64,000 nucleotides of DNA. It comes from an uncultured Clostridia bacterium. GTDB lineage: Bacteria > Bacillota > Clostridia > TANB77 > CAG-508. Position numbers and translations under genes: made by a program. Location: positions 12,207 through 76,206 of the forward strand of contig CALYAM010000004.1 of the NCBI GenBank assembly GCA_944393565.1, read 5' to 3'. Of the stretch, positions 10,922-21,949 are shown piece by piece; within the stretch, counting starts at the first letter, position 1; each line of letters starts with the position of its first letter. The notes under the pieces were generated by a model, which was not told the DNA's origin, ran no database searches, and saw nothing but the letters and a program-made list of their open reading frames with translations.

Positions 10922-11395
10922 TCACTCCTTCTTGTTTTTCTTTAGGAAATTTATTGTAAATAAAGGTGAAATTTCTACAATACATATTGTAACAAGCACT
11001 AAGAACCATATATAAATTTTTGTAATATTAAGTGCATAGTAGCATATTATACTTAATATAACTGTTATAGCAATATGAACTGCATAAGTAATTAATAATT
11101 TTATATAAGCTTCTTTTATTGGTAGTTTTTCTTTTTTTGCTATTCTAATTTTTTCTCTATAACTTCTAACAAAATTTTCAAATATCATAGAAATTGCAAT
11201 AATTACAAACATAGAGTAAATAAATGAATTAATTGTGTTCTGATCTAATCTTTGTGACTCAATATTTTCTATTAATTTGTTTACTTCTTCTTGCATATAT
11301 ATTATCTCATTTTCATTACTTGCAAATACAGGTGTTGAAATCAAAAATAATATACTGCATAAAACAACTACCAATTTTCTCATATTTCCCTCCAC
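10922..11395 (-). CDS. hypothetical membrane protein
   Basis: 157 aa with a signal-like N-terminus and 3 further hydrophobic segments. No family recognised. Confidence 0.5.
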   Translation of the reverse strand: MEGNMRKLVVVLCSILFLISTPVFASNENEIIYMQEEVNKLIENIESQRLDQNTINSFIYSMFVIIAISMIFENFVRSYREKIRIAKKEKLPIKEAYIKLLITYAVHIAITVILSIICYYALNITKIYIWFLVLVTICIVEISPLFTINFLKKNKKE

Positions 11396-11412
11396 TTGCT
11401 AATATTTCTTAT

Positions 11413-13260
11413 TTAATTGTTACCTTTTTTTAGCTCTGCGTAACGTTTAATTTTCATAGTTGTAGTTTTTTCAAATTCATCTTTTTTTATCTCTAAGTGT
11501 TTGATTGCTTTATATGATGTTAATTTTTTATTTACCTTTTTTATTTCCTCCCAAATAATATTATGCACTTTTTCATCAGATAAATCATTACCATATTTTT
11601 CTTCTATTTTTTCCATGTTTGGTATTACTTTAACAGATATTGTAAGTTCCTTCCCTTCTTCTTCTTTTCCATATACCATACACTCTTTTATTTCTGGAAT
11701 ATTACCAAGCAATAGCTCAATTTCTTCAGGATAAATATTTTTTCCATTTTGAGTTACTATAACATTTTTTGATCTTCCTGTAATGTATAAAAAACCTTCA
11801 CTATCCATGTAACCAATGTCTCCTGAATGGAACCAACCATCAACTATTGCTTCTTTTGTGGCTTCTTCATTTTCGTAATATCCTAACATTAGTGTTTCAC
11901 TTTTTATTAGTACTTCACCTTCTCCATTTTCATTAGGATTATCAATTTTTATTTCTGCACATATAACAGGCTTCCCTGCTGACCCTATTTTAGGATTAAA
12001 TTCTGGTGTAAGTGCTGCAATTGGTGATGTTTCTGTTAACCCATATCCTTGTAAAAAAGTAATTCCAATATCTTGCACCCATTTACCTATTTTAGCATCT
12101 ATTGGTGCAGCTGCGGATACAATAATACGAATCTTACCGCCTAAGTTTTCGTAAATTTCATTAAATACTTTTCTTTTGATATCCACATTTACAGATTTTA
12201 GGGCGTTTGTTATGTGAATCATTGATTTTACCAATTTATCTTTTTTGCTTTTCACAATATTTTCATTTATTTTTTTATATAAATTTTCTATCAAAAGTGG
12301 AACAGCAAGCATTGCTGTTGGATGTGTTTCTTTTAAATTTGGAACTATATATTTTAATCCTTCGCAAACAGCAATTGATGCACCAACTGCCATTGGTAAT
12401 AAAAATCCAATCGTTGATTCATATGTGTGATGAAGTGGTAGCACTGAAAATAGCCTGTCTTCTTCTGTTAAACGAACATATGCAGAAACCGCATTAATGT
12501 TTTGTGCCAAGTTTCTATTACATATCATTACTCCTTTAGCTTGAGATGTTGTACCTGAAGTAAAAATTAGTACCTTAAATTCTTCTGGGTTTATTTCAAT
12601 GTTTTCAAATTCTTTTTCTCCTGCTTTTATAAATTCTTTCCCTTTTTCAATAACATAATTTGCTCCTACATTTTTTTCATTTATTTCATCATCTGAATAC
12701 ATTTTTATGAAATAATCTACATCTGTTAGATTATCTTTTACTTTTTTTATAGCTTCTTCTTTTTTTGGCGAATATATAACAGCTTTTGCTTTTGAACGTT
12801 TTATAACATTTTCAATTTCATTTGGTGGTAATTCCTTATCTACAGGCACTGCTATTCCATCTGAGCAAAGCATAGTCATGTAGCTTACATACCATTGATA
12901 TGTGTTTTCACCAATTATAATAACTGGTTTACCTTTTAAACCTAATAATTTATCAAGTCCTGTTCCTAACCCTAGTACATCTTCTCTAAACTGTTTAAAT
13001 GTAATTTCTGTAAATTTTTCATCTTTATGATTAAACTTTTCTAAAATAAATGTTCTGTCTTTGTATAACTCAGTCGTACGATTAAAAATTTCTTTTATTG
13101 TTTTATATGCTGTTGGTTCATAGTTTCCATTACGTACTTTCAATTCATTATTTTTTTCTGGATTATATTCTACTTTCATTTCATCGATTTTTTCTAATCC
13201 ATCCATTTTAAATTTTGGAAACTTAAAATCTGGTATTTTAAATTCTTTTAGTATTCTCAT
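11413..13260 (-). CDS. AMP-dependent long-chain acyl-CoA synthetase/ligase
   Basis: AMP-binding motif IFTSGTTSQAKGV, plus YGLTE and GWFHSGDIG motifs. SD AGGAGA upstream of the ATG at 13260. Confidence 0.85.
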   Translation of the reverse strand: MRILKEFKIPDFKFPKFKMDGLEKIDEMKVEYNPEKNNELKVRNGNYEPTAYKTIKEIFNRTTELYKDRTFILEKFNHKDEKFTEITFKQFREDVLGLGTGLDKLLGLKGKPVIIIGENTYQWYVSYMTMLCSDGIAVPVDKELPPNEIENVIKRSKAKAVIYSPKKEEAIKKVKDNLTDVDYFIKMYSDDEINEKNVGANYVIEKGKEFIKAGEKEFENIEINPEEFKVLIFTSGTTSQAKGVMICNRNLAQNINAVSAYVRLTEEDRLFSVLPLHHTYESTIGFLLPMAVGASIAVCEGLKYIVPNLKETHPTAMLAVPLLIENLYKKINENIVKSKKDKLVKSMIHITNALKSVNVDIKRKVFNEIYENLGGKIRIIVSAAAPIDAKIGKWVQDIGITFLQGYGLTETSPIAALTPEFNPKIGSAGKPVICAEIKIDNPNENGEGEVLIKSETLMLGYYENEEATKEAIVDGWFHSGDIGYMDSEGFLYITGRSKNVIVTQNGKNIYPEEIELLLGNIPEIKECMVYGKEEEGKELTISVKVIPNMEKIEEKYGNDLSDEKVHNIIWEEIKKVNKKLTSYKAIKHLEIKKDEFEKTTTMKIKRYAELKKGNN

Positions 13261-13356
13261 ATTTAATTCTCCTCGTATTTGAATATTAATAAACATTATA
13301 GTAATTTTTTTTTGTTTTGTAAATAGTTTGCAATTTATTTTGCCATATTTAAAAAA

Positions 13357-14595
13357 TTATGGATATCTACATATACGCAATAAATTTCCTGCATAAATTA
13401 AATTTTGGTTTTGTATATTATTGCTTGTTGCTATGCTTTGTACACTAACACCATATTTTTGGGCTATAGAGCTTAAAGTATCTCCCCATTTTATACGATA
13501 AATAATATGACCACAATCATGTAATGAATCATCTGATATTCTTATTTTTATTTTTTGCCCTGTAAAAATTAGATTCGGGTTTTGTATATTATTTAATGTA
13601 ACTATACTATTTACTGTTGTGTCATAATCTAATGCTATTTGGCTTAAAGTATCTCCTCTTTTTACTGTATATATCATTTCTCTACTGTTTGATTGTTTTC
13701 CTACTTGTATTAATAATTTTTGTCCAATATAAATTAAATTTGGATTTTGTATATTATTTAGTGTAGCTATACTATTTACTGTTGTATTATAGTCTAATGC
13801 TATTTGGCTTAAAGTATCTCCTTTTCTTACTGTATATGTTGTTTCTTCTGGCTCTATTGGTGATACTGGTTCTGGAATAGGAGTTGGTTCTTTTTGAGTA
13901 AGCAAAATTTCTCTTGTAAACCTGTTTAAATCTACATAACCATTTACACCATTTATTCTACCCATGCTTGTATATTGAAAACCTACCCAATTACTCCATT
14001 TCCCATTATCATATGGTTCTTGTACTCCGTAATTTGCAACCCATAGTGGATATTTGTTAGCTATTTCCTGGTTAAAAACGTTAATTGCATCATTTGTATT
14101 ACTATATATTACCATATCTTTGCCTGTTATTCTTTCTGTTTCTTCTAAAAATGCAAATGAAATTGTATTTATTTCTTGATTACTTAAGTTGCCAAATTCT
14201 TCAAAATCCATCGCAAGTTTGCAATCAATTTCCAAACCAGAAATTGCATTTGCAAAATATCTAGCTTCTGCTTTGGCAGAGGCAACATCTGTTGCTCTTA
14301 CAAAATGATATACTCCTACTTTTATTCCTTCTTTTTTGGCGTTTTCATAATTATATTGTAAGTATGAGTCTTTATACCATGTTCCTTCTGTTGCTTTTAT
14401 GTATACATATTCAATTCCAGAATCTCTTGCTTGTTCATAATTAATATAACCTTGCCATGCACTTACATCCATTCCTAGATATGTAGGTGTACTTGCAGGA
14501 GCTAAAGCTAATGATACATTTGGTATGCATAGTAACTGAATTAATAATAATATAAAAGAAATAATGTAAAATTTTTTAATTGTTTTTTTCTCCAA
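13357..14595 (-). CDS. GH25 lysozyme (muramidase) with three C-terminal LysM domains
   Basis: GMDVSAWQG...VYIKATEG...VGVYHF is a GH25 catalytic core. YTV+[12 protein letters not shown]...IYIGQKL occurs three times (LysM). Probable TTG start at 14595, after SD AAGGAG, gives a clean signal peptide. Confidence 0.85.
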   Translation of the reverse strand: MEKKTIKKFYIISFILLLIQLLCIPNVSLALAPASTPTYLGMDVSAWQGYINYEQARDSGIEYVYIKATEGTWYKDSYLQYNYENAKKEGIKVGVYHFVRATDVASAKAEARYFANAISGLEIDCKLAMDFEEFGNLSNQEINTISFAFLEETERITGKDMVIYSNTNDAINVFNQEIANKYPLWVANYGVQEPYDNGKWSNWVGFQYTSMGRINGVNGYVDLNRFTREILLTQKEPTPIPEPVSPIEPEETTYTVRKGDTLSQIALDYNTTVNSIATLNNIQNPNLIYIGQKLLIQVGKQSNSREMIYTVKRGDTLSQIALDYDTTVNSIVTLNNIQNPNLIFTGQKIKIRISDDSLHDCGHIIYRIKWGDTLSSIAQKYGVSVQSIATSNNIQNQNLIYAGNLLRICRYP

Positions 14596-14872
14596 ATCTC
14601 CATCTCCTTCAAATTTATGACCATATAAGCAGCTTATACAGTTCATAAAATCTTTTTGGTTTATTTTATTCCCCTATACTATTTTTTGTTAAAACTTTAG
14701 TCATATAGCAATCATGTATTTTCTTACATAAAAGCAAAATCAAACTTCTTTGATTTTTTACTATTTTAAAAAATATATAGCTAGCATCTTTGCACGTGTG
14801 GCAGTTTTGCAAATATAAAATTGTATGCAATACTTTTTTATATGGAAAACCTTTGGATTCCTCCTTCACCAA

Positions 14873-14905
14873 TAAAAAACTCCGCAAATTGCGGAGTTTT
14901 TTTTA
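14873..14905. terminator. bidirectional rho-independent terminator
   Basis: AAAAAACTCCGC-aaatt-GCGGAGTTTTTT with A/T runs on both sides, directly after the hsp20 stop. Confidence 0.8.
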
Positions 14906-14908
14906 TTA

Positions 14909-15331
14909 TTAATCATCAATTGGGATGTATTTTTTTTCTGGTAAATCTTCTTTAACATCTTTTTTTGGAATTTCTATTTTTAGTGTTCCATTTTTAAATG
15001 ATGCCTTAATGTCTTCATTTTTTATATTCTCACCAACATAGAAGCTTCTTGAACATGAGCCCATATACCTTTCTTTTCTTACAAACTTTCCATCTTCTTT
15101 TTCTTCTGTGTTTGAGTCTATTGTTGCATGTACTGTTAGATAACCATCTTCAACTTCGAGCTTAATATTCTCTTTTTCATAACCTGGCAGATCAATATCA
15201 ATTAGATATTTATCCTTTTTTTCCTTTATGTCAGTTTTCATAACTTTGCTTTCGCTCTCACTAAAAAATGGATCTCTAAACATTTCTCCTAGCAAATCAA
15301 ATTCATGATTTCTTCTTGGTATCATCATCAT
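14909..15331 (-). CDS. Hsp20/alpha-crystallin small heat-shock protein
   Basis: 140 aa. Alpha-crystallin core ...DLPGYEKENIKLEVEDGYLTV...SFYVG...A.FKNGTLKIEIPK. Confidence 0.9.
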   Translation of the reverse strand: MMMIPRRNHEFDLLGEMFRDPFFSESESKVMKTDIKEKKDKYLIDIDLPGYEKENIKLEVEDGYLTVHATIDSNTEEKEDGKFVRKERYMGSCSRSFYVGENIKNEDIKASFKNGTLKIEIPKKDVKEDLPEKKYIPIDD

Positions 15332-15426
15332 ATAAATCTACTTCCTTTCATTTTTATGTGTTGACACCTCTTAAGGTAGCACATTTTGATATTTCTATCT
15401 TTTATGTGTAAATTATATCATTGTTT

Positions 15427-15453
15427 TTAGCAATGTCAATACTAGAGTGCTAA
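15427..15453. promoter_or_regulatory. CIRCE-like inverted repeat (candidate HrcA operator) upstream of hsp20
   Basis: TTAGCAATG-N9-GAGTGCTAA against the consensus TTAGCACTC-N9-GAGTGCTAA. Right arm perfect, 2 mismatches in the left arm. Lies about 100 nt upstream of the hsp20 start. Confidence 0.5.
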
Positions 15454-15568
15454 TATTCACAAAAAATTCACATTCTCTACATTCATGCTCTAAACTCGTT
15501 ATTTGTTACTATTTTCATATAATCTATTTCTACGAACAGATTACTTTATAATATGTTTTAGTTTTGAT

Positions 15569-16387
15569 TTATGCACTTTTCAATTCAAGCCTTAATTTAT
15601 CCGCAATCATTGCTATAAATTCACTATTAGTAGGTTTTCCTTTACTTGCTGATACTGTATACCCAAAGATATTTTCTACTGCTGATTGTTCTCCTCTTCC
15701 CCATGCTACTTCTATTGCATGGCGAATAGCTCTTTCAACTCTAGATGGAGTTGTTTTATATTTTTCTGCTATATCAGGGTATAATTGTTTTGTTATTTGG
15801 TTTATTACATCAATATCATTTATTACCATCATAATAGCTTCTCTTAAATATTGGTAACCTTTTATATGGGCCGGTACTCCAACTTCATGAATTATATTCG
15901 TTACTAATGCTTCTAAATTCTTTTCATTCTTTTTTGCATTTGGCTCTAATTCTATATATGGTGCTTTAATTTCTCTACTAATATATACTGGTCTAATTGG
16001 TACATTTTGATATATTTTTACTTCTCTTATCCTTTTAATTAGCAGCTCAATATCAAATGGTTTTACAACATAATATTCTGCTCCTAAATTTATTGCTTTT
16101 TGCGTTATTTTGTCTTGTCCAACAGCTGATAACATAATACATAACGGTTTCTTATCTATATCTGTTTCTTGTATTTGTTCTAATACTCCAAGGCCATCTA
16201 AATGTGGCATTATAACATCCAATAATGCAATATCTGGTTTTCTTGTTTTTATCATATCTACTGCTTCATTTCCATCTTTAGCCATTCCTACTACTTCCAT
16301 ATCATCATGGTTTTTTAAATAACTTGCTAATGTGTTTGCAAACTCGTTATTGTCATCTGCAATTAATACACTAATTTTCTCTTTCAA
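15569..16387 (-). CDS. spo0A: sporulation master regulator Spo0A
   Basis: Receiver domain (LIADDN...DVIMPHLDG) plus the diagnostic Spo0A C-terminal DNA-binding block ...[20 protein letters not shown].... TTG start with SD AGGAGG. Confidence 0.95.
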   Translation of the reverse strand: MKEKISVLIADDNNEFANTLASYLKNHDDMEVVGMAKDGNEAVDMIKTRKPDIALLDVIMPHLDGLGVLEQIQETDIDKKPLCIMLSAVGQDKITQKAINLGAEYYVVKPFDIELLIKRIREVKIYQNVPIRPVYISREIKAPYIELEPNAKKNEKNLEALVTNIIHEVGVPAHIKGYQYLREAIMMVINDIDVINQITKQLYPDIAEKYKTTPSRVERAIRHAIEVAWGRGEQSAVENIFGYTVSASKGKPTNSEFIAMIADKLRLELKSA

Positions 16388-16500
16388 AACAATTCCTCCT
16401 ATAAAACAAAATTTTATTTTCTACATTTTGAATTATATTCTTATTTTTTACATTATGCAATAGCTTTTTGGAAATTTTTTCAAGTTTGGTTAATTTTCCT

Positions 16501-17125
16501 CTATATATCAACGATTTTTTCTTGCAATATTTTTTCATTTTCTGCTTGAAATAATGTTTTTATATCCTTTTTGGTAACTTCAGCAATCTTTTTATTAGGT
16601 ATAATAATATTTAGTTTAACTTTTTCTTCATATTCAATATTAATAATTTTTGCACCGTATTTTATTTAGATAATATTTCAGTTGTTCTAAATTAGAATAA
16701 TTTGTTGTTAGTATCATTTCAGTTGCTTTTTGCATTTTTTTTGTTTCTGCACATTTAAGTGCTTCACTCGTTACTTGAGAATAGGCTTTTACTAAACCTC
16801 CTGTTCCAAGTAAGATGCCTCCAAAGTATCTTGTAACAATGACTAAAACATTTAAAAGATTATTCCCAATAAGAACATTCATAATAGAACCTCCTGCTGT
16901 TCCTGAAGGTTCCCCATCATCACTCATTTTTTCAATAATATCGCTTTCTAAGATTCTATATGCATAGCAATAGTGCTTTGCACCACTTTCTCTCTTTTTT
17001 ACCATTTTTAGAATGTTTTCCACTTCTAAAATTGTTCCTGTATAAAAGATTTCAGCAATAAATTTAGATTTTTTTATTACTAATTCTACTCTAGCATAAT
17101 TTTTTATTGTTATAAATTCTTCCAT
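16501..17125 (-). CDS. YigZ/IMPACT-family protein (UPF0029 plus a DUF1949-like C-terminal domain); needs a +1 shift at an in-frame CGG (16655-16657)
   Basis: N-domain KKSKFIA...HYCYAY...DDGEPSGTAG in ORF 16640..17125. Skipping the C of ATA-CGG-T continues ...KIGAKIINIEYEEKVKLNIIIP... to a TAG at 16501, giving a normal total of about 205 aa. Confidence 0.7.
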
Positions 17126-17167
17126 CTAATTTTTATTCCTTTTTATTTGTAGGCTTTTATAGTTAAA

Positions 17168-18431
17168 TTAACATGATTTGCCAGCAGTAACTCCTGTGCT
17201 GTAAGCTATTTGCAAATTAAAACCACCTGTATAAGCATCTACATCTATAACTTCACCTGCAAAATATAAGCCCTTTACTTTTTTGGATTCCATTGTTTTT
17301 GGATTTATTTCTTTTGTGTCTATGCCTCCACTTGTAATAATGGCTTCTTCTATATCTCTAAATTTTGATATTGTAATAGTAAATTGTTTTATTGCATTAA
17401 TAATTTTTTTTCTATCTTCTTTTGTTATTTCATTAACTTGTTTTTCTGGTGAAATTCCTGATTGGTTAATAATTGCAGGAATTATTTTTTGTGGCAATAA
17501 TTTCTTTAGACTGTTTTTAAATTGCTTATTAGTAATTTTATTAAATTCTCTTATAATTCTTGCATTTAGCTTTTTCTCATCTAATGCTGGTTTTAAATCT
17601 ATTTTTAATTTTATATTTTTGTTTTTAAGTTCTTCTTCTATATTAGATACTCTTAGTAAATGAGCAGAACCACTTAAAATAGTTGGCCCTGACACACCGA
17701 AAATGTGTAAATACCATTTCTCCAAAATCTTCATATATAGGCTTTTTTATACCTTGCTTTACAAATTCTATTTTTACATTTTTTAAAGAAAGCCCCTGTG
17801 TTTGTCTGCATAAATTCTTTTCGTAACATTCAAGTGGTACAAGTGATGGCATTATTTTTACAATTGTATGTCCCAATTTTTTAGCCAAAATATAACCATC
17901 ACCTGTTGATCCTGTTGCGGAGTAACTTTTCCCTCCAGTGGCTAATATGATTTTTTTTGAATTTATTATTTCTTGTTTTTTTGTTATAGTATCTTCTACT
18001 TTTAAACCAATCACTGTGTCATCTTTTGATAATATTTCAATCACTTTCTTGTTTGTTTTAAGAATTACTTGTTCTTTTTTACATTTTCTAAGTAAAGCTT
18101 GTAAAACATCATCTGATTTATCAGAAGCTGGGAAAATGCGATTGCCTCTTTCTTCTTTTACCTCTACACCTTCTTCTTTTAAGAATTTTATCATATCCTC
18201 ATTTGTAAAATTTTTAAATGCACTATATAAAAATGTCCCATTTCCAGGGATGTTAGAAATAAATTCTGATATTGGTAAACTACTTGTTATATTGCATCTT
18301 CCTTTTCCCGTGATTTTTAGCTTTTTTCCATACGTTTCTTCTTTTTCAAGGACAAGCACATCGTTTTCTTTTCCCGCTTCTATTGCAGCCATAAGTCCTG
18401 CTGGTCCTCCTCCAATTACTACAACTTGCAT
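17168..18431 (-). CDS. NAD(P)/FAD-dependent oxidoreductase, HI0933/BaiN-like family; needs a +1 shift at an in-frame CGG (17697-17699)
   Basis: VVIGGGPAGLMAA dinucleotide-binding motif at the N-terminus. Skipping the C of TTT-CGG-T restores the family motif FTHFGVSGPTILSGS and joins ORFs 17643..18431 and 17168..17734. Confidence 0.8.
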
Positions 18432-18481
18432 TTTTTACTTCCCATATAATATATTTAAGTTTTTACATAAGGCTATACTTA

Positions 18482-19225
18482 TCAAACCTTTTTTATAATT
18501 TCCATTGTAATTCGTTGTGCTTCTATTGAAGTATCTCTATTATATAGTTCATTTAGCAATTCGTTATCTGATATTACCCTAAGTCCTAAAACAGGTACTT
18601 TAAATTTATTTGCCACTGTGTATGTTCCTATTGATTCCATGTCAGCACATATAGCACCTGTATTTTGGTAGATCCAATCCAACCTATCTGCTTCTTTATT
18701 CCAGCAGTCTCCACTTCCAAGAGTTTCTTTAAATACACTCCCTTTGTCATATGACATACATGCTTCTTGTGCAATATTTAGCAAATGATTGTCTGAACAC
18801 AATTGCTCTTCTTTTTTTTCCTCATCATCAGATGTAAATGTTATAAGCTCCCAATCTAGTGGATTACTTCCTTGCCCTTTTTCTCTTTTTCTTGTTTTAT
18901 AACAATTTGTATTTGTGCAATTTTTGCCTAAAACAACATCATACTTATGCACATTTCTATTGCACGCTCCTGCAATTCCTTGGTTTATTATTGCATAGGG
19001 TCTAAACTTAAGTATACCAATTGTTGTTGCAATTGTTGCATTAATAGAGCCAATATCTGTTTTTGAAACTATTATTAGTTTTCCATACATATTACCTTTC
19101 CAAAACTTGTAACCTTGAATGTCCATTTCTGCTTTATTTTCCAATGATTCCAAAATGTGTTTTAGCTCAATTAGCATAGCCCCTTGTATTAGAATAGGTC
19201 TTTTCTCATCCATCTTCTCCTCCAA
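18482..19225 (-). CDS. phosphorylase family-1 protein (Pfs/MTA-SAH nucleosidase-like)
   Basis: ILIQGAM...GSINATIAT...CADMES pattern of PNP_UDP_1 nucleosidases, with an acidic/basic insertion. Confidence 0.6.
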   Translation of the reverse strand: MEEKMDEKRPILIQGAMLIELKHILESLENKAEMDIQGYKFWKGNMYGKLIIVSKTDIGSINATIATTIGILKFRPYAIINQGIAGACNRNVHKYDVVLGKNCTNTNCYKTRKREKGQGSNPLDWELITFTSDDEEKKEEQLCSDNHLLNIAQEACMSYDKGSVFKETLGSGDCWNKEADRLDWIYQNTGAICADMESIGTYTVANKFKVPVLGLRVISDNELLNELYNRDTSIEAQRITMEIIKKV

Positions 19226-19236
19226 AATTTCTTGTT

Positions 19237-20466
19237 TTACTTTTTTAAATTTTCTATCGCACGTATTACGCCTAATTTACCATAAGGATATGTAAGTCCA
19301 CCTTGTAAAAAGGCAACATAAGGTGGTCTTATTGGGGCATCACAAGATAATTCTATTGATGAACCAGATGTAAATGCTCCTGCTGCCATTATAATTTTAT
19401 CTGTATAGCCTGGCATTTCCCATGGTTCAGGAATAGAATTAGAATCTACTGGTGAACCCATTTGTATGCCTTGGCAAAATTTTATTAATGGCTCTTCTTC
19501 TCTAAATTGTATAGTTTGTACAATATCAGATCTTTTATCATTATACCTTGGCTCTACTTTATAACCCAAATTTTCTAGCATGCAACTTGCAAATACTGCT
19601 GTTTTTAAACTACTTGCTACTACGCTTGGTGAAAAAAATAGTCCTTGTAAGAAATATTTATTCATTCCAAGTGTAGGTCCAACTTCTTTTCCTAATCCAG
19701 GTGCAGTTAATCTTTGGCTACATAGTTCTACTAGTTCTTTTTTTCCTGCAATGTAGCCTCCATTTGGAGCAATTCCTCCTCCTAGATTTTTTATAAGTGA
19801 CCCAACTATAACATCAACTCCTAAACTTGTAGGTTCTTTTATATCTACAAATTCTCCATAGCAGTTATCACACATTATTATAGCATCAGAGTTAACACTG
19901 CGTATTACTTTAACTACTTTTTCTATATTTTCCAATGATAAACTTTTTCTTAATGCATAGCCCCTAGAGCGTTGCATTATAACTAATTTTACTTGTTTTT
20001 TTTCTAGTCTTTGTTGTATTGCTTCATAATTAAATTCATCACCTATTAGGTCAATTTGCTCATACTTTATCCCATAAGCTTTAAGTGAACTTGCATTTTC
20101 TTCAATTCCTATTACACTATCTAGTGTGTCATATGGCTTTCCATTAATACTTAATACCGTATCTCCTGGTCTTAAAATTCCAAATAAACAAACTGTAAGA
20201 GCATGTGTTCCTGAAATAAATTGTGCTCTTACTAGTGCATCTTCTGCACCTAGTACCTCTGCAAATATTTTTTCAATTGTTTCCCTTCCAATATCTCCAT
20301 AACCATATCCTGTTGTAGAGTTAAAGTGCATTTCAGAAACATTGTTTTTTTGAAATGCTTCTAGTACTTTTTTGCTATTTTTCTCACATGTTTTGTCTAT
20401 TTCTTCAAAAATTGGTTTTATAGTCGTTTCTACTTGTTTTATTTTTTCCTCTAATTTTATATCCAT
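19237..20466 (-). CDS. PLP-dependent methionine gamma-lyase family protein (YnbB / aluminium-resistance family)
   Basis: Long match to the family block HF.STTGYGYGDIGRETIEKIFA.V.GAE.ALVR.QFISGTHAL...GILRPGD. Confidence 0.8.
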   Translation of the reverse strand: MDIKLEEKIKQVETTIKPIFEEIDKTCEKNSKKVLEAFQKNNVSEMHFNSTTGYGYGDIGRETIEKIFAEVLGAEDALVRAQFISGTHALTVCLFGILRPGDTVLSINGKPYDTLDSVIGIEENASSLKAYGIKYEQIDLIGDEFNYEAIQQRLEKKQVKLVIMQRSRGYALRKSLSLENIEKVVKVIRSVNSDAIIMCDNCYGEFVDIKEPTSLGVDVIVGSLIKNLGGGIAPNGGYIAGKKELVELCSQRLTAPGLGKEVGPTLGMNKYFLQGLFFSPSVVASSLKTAVFASCMLENLGYKVEPRYNDKRSDIVQTIQFREEEPLIKFCQGIQMGSPVDSNSIPEPWEMPGYTDKIIMAAGAFTSGSSIELSCDAPIRPPYVAFLQGGLTYPYGKLGVIRAIENLKK

Positions 20467-20479
20467 TTTATTCCCTTCT

Positions 20480-21808
20480 TTATTGTTCTTCTTTTGGTTT
20501 TTCTTCTTGTTCTGTTTCTTCTACATTATTTTTGCATGCCTTTACCCATTTAATCCTTTTATCTTCATATTCTTCAATTTTATAAGTTACATATTTTGTT
20601 TCTATTACAGGTTTTTCTTCATCTTCTGGGATTCTTCCTAGTTTTTCTGTTAGATATCCTGAAAGTGTATCATAATCTCCTTCTTCTATTTCTACATTTA
20701 ATATCTTTCTTAATTCATAAATTGATACACTACCATTTATCAAAAATGTATTCTCGTCTAATTTCTCATAGTCTGGCTCTATTTCATCATATTCATCAAA
20801 TATATTGCCTACCAGTTCTTCTAATATGTCTTCCATAGTTATAACTCCTGCTGTTCCACCGTATTCATCTACAACAATTGCAATTTGCCTTTTATTTTTT
20901 TGTAGTTCTTTAAATAATTCATTAATAAGTTTGTGTTCTGATACAAAGTATGCTTCTCTCATTACTTCTTTTATGTTTATTTTTTTATGTTCTTTTACAA
21001 ATTTAAGTAAATCTTTTAAATATAAAATTCCTATAATTTCATCAATTGTTTCAGAATATACTGGAATTCTACTATATTTGTATTCATCTATTTTATCTAG
21101 AATATTATAAATATCTTCATTTTCATCAATTGCAAACACATCTGTTCTATGGACCATTACTTCTGCTACTGTTTTATCATTAAATTCAAATATGTTATTT
21201 ATAAGTTCCTTTTCCTCTTCTTCTATTGTTCCTTTTTCTTCTCCTACATCTACCATCATACGTATTTCTTCTTCAGTTACAGTCTCTTCTTCGCTTTCTT
21301 TAACTCCAAAAATTTTTGAGATTACATTTGTAGAAGCTGTAAGTAATTTTACAAATGGCGCAGTAACAATTGAAATAAATCTGATAATTCCTATTGTCAT
21401 AAATGCTAATTTTTCATGGTTTTTCATTGCTATTCTTTTTGGCACAAGCTCTCCAAATACTAATGTAAAATATGAAAGAATCATTGTTATGATTATAATA
21501 GAAATTCCTTTCCAAAGTTCTAGCCCAATTGGTATTATTGTTTGTAATAAAGGTGCTAGCTTATCTGCAAAAGCTTCTGATGCAAAAGCGCTTGACAAGA
21601 ATCCTGCTAATGTAATTCCTATTTGAATTGTTGCTAAAAATTTACTTGGATTTTTTAGCATTTTTAAAATCTGTTTTGCTTTTTTGTTTCCCTCTTTTGC
21701 TTGTTTACTTATTTTGGCGTCATTTAAAGATATAAATGCAATTTCTGTTGCTGCAAAAAAGGCATTTAGTAAAATCAATATTATAAGAATTAATATCTGT
21801 GAAAACAT
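20480..21808 (-). CDS. hemolysin/CNNM-family membrane protein (DUF21 + CBS pair + CorC_HlyC)
   Basis: 4-TM N-terminal domain, then VMVHRTDV... CBS region and the C-terminal transporter-associated domain. 442 aa. Confidence 0.85.
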   Translation of the reverse strand: MFSQILILIILILLNAFFAATEIAFISLNDAKISKQAKEGNKKAKQILKMLKNPSKFLATIQIGITLAGFLSSAFASEAFADKLAPLLQTIIPIGLELWKGISIIIITMILSYFTLVFGELVPKRIAMKNHEKLAFMTIGIIRFISIVTAPFVKLLTASTNVISKIFGVKESEEETVTEEEIRMMVDVGEEKGTIEEEEKELINNIFEFNDKTVAEVMVHRTDVFAIDENEDIYNILDKIDEYKYSRIPVYSETIDEIIGILYLKDLLKFVKEHKKINIKEVMREAYFVSEHKLINELFKELQKNKRQIAIVVDEYGGTAGVITMEDILEELVGNIFDEYDEIEPDYEKLDENTFLINGSVSIYELRKILNVEIEEGDYDTLSGYLTEKLGRIPEDEEKPVIETKYVTYKIEEYEDKRIKWVKACKNNVEETEQEEKPKEEQ

Positions 21809-21896
21809 TAATAATTCCTCTTCCCTTCTTATATTTTATAGTTTATATTATATAGTTTATACTTTTTCATGTCAATGTATTTTCTGTTGAAGAGAA

Positions 21897-21927
21897 AAGG
21901 AATACATAGTGGCTTGTATTCCTTTGT
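21897..21927 (-). terminator. terminator after the adhesin gene
   Basis: Stem GGAATACA/TGTATTCC with flanking A/T runs, about 25 nt past the stop codon. Confidence 0.5.
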
Positions 21928-21949
21928 TTTGTTATTGACCTATATGTCT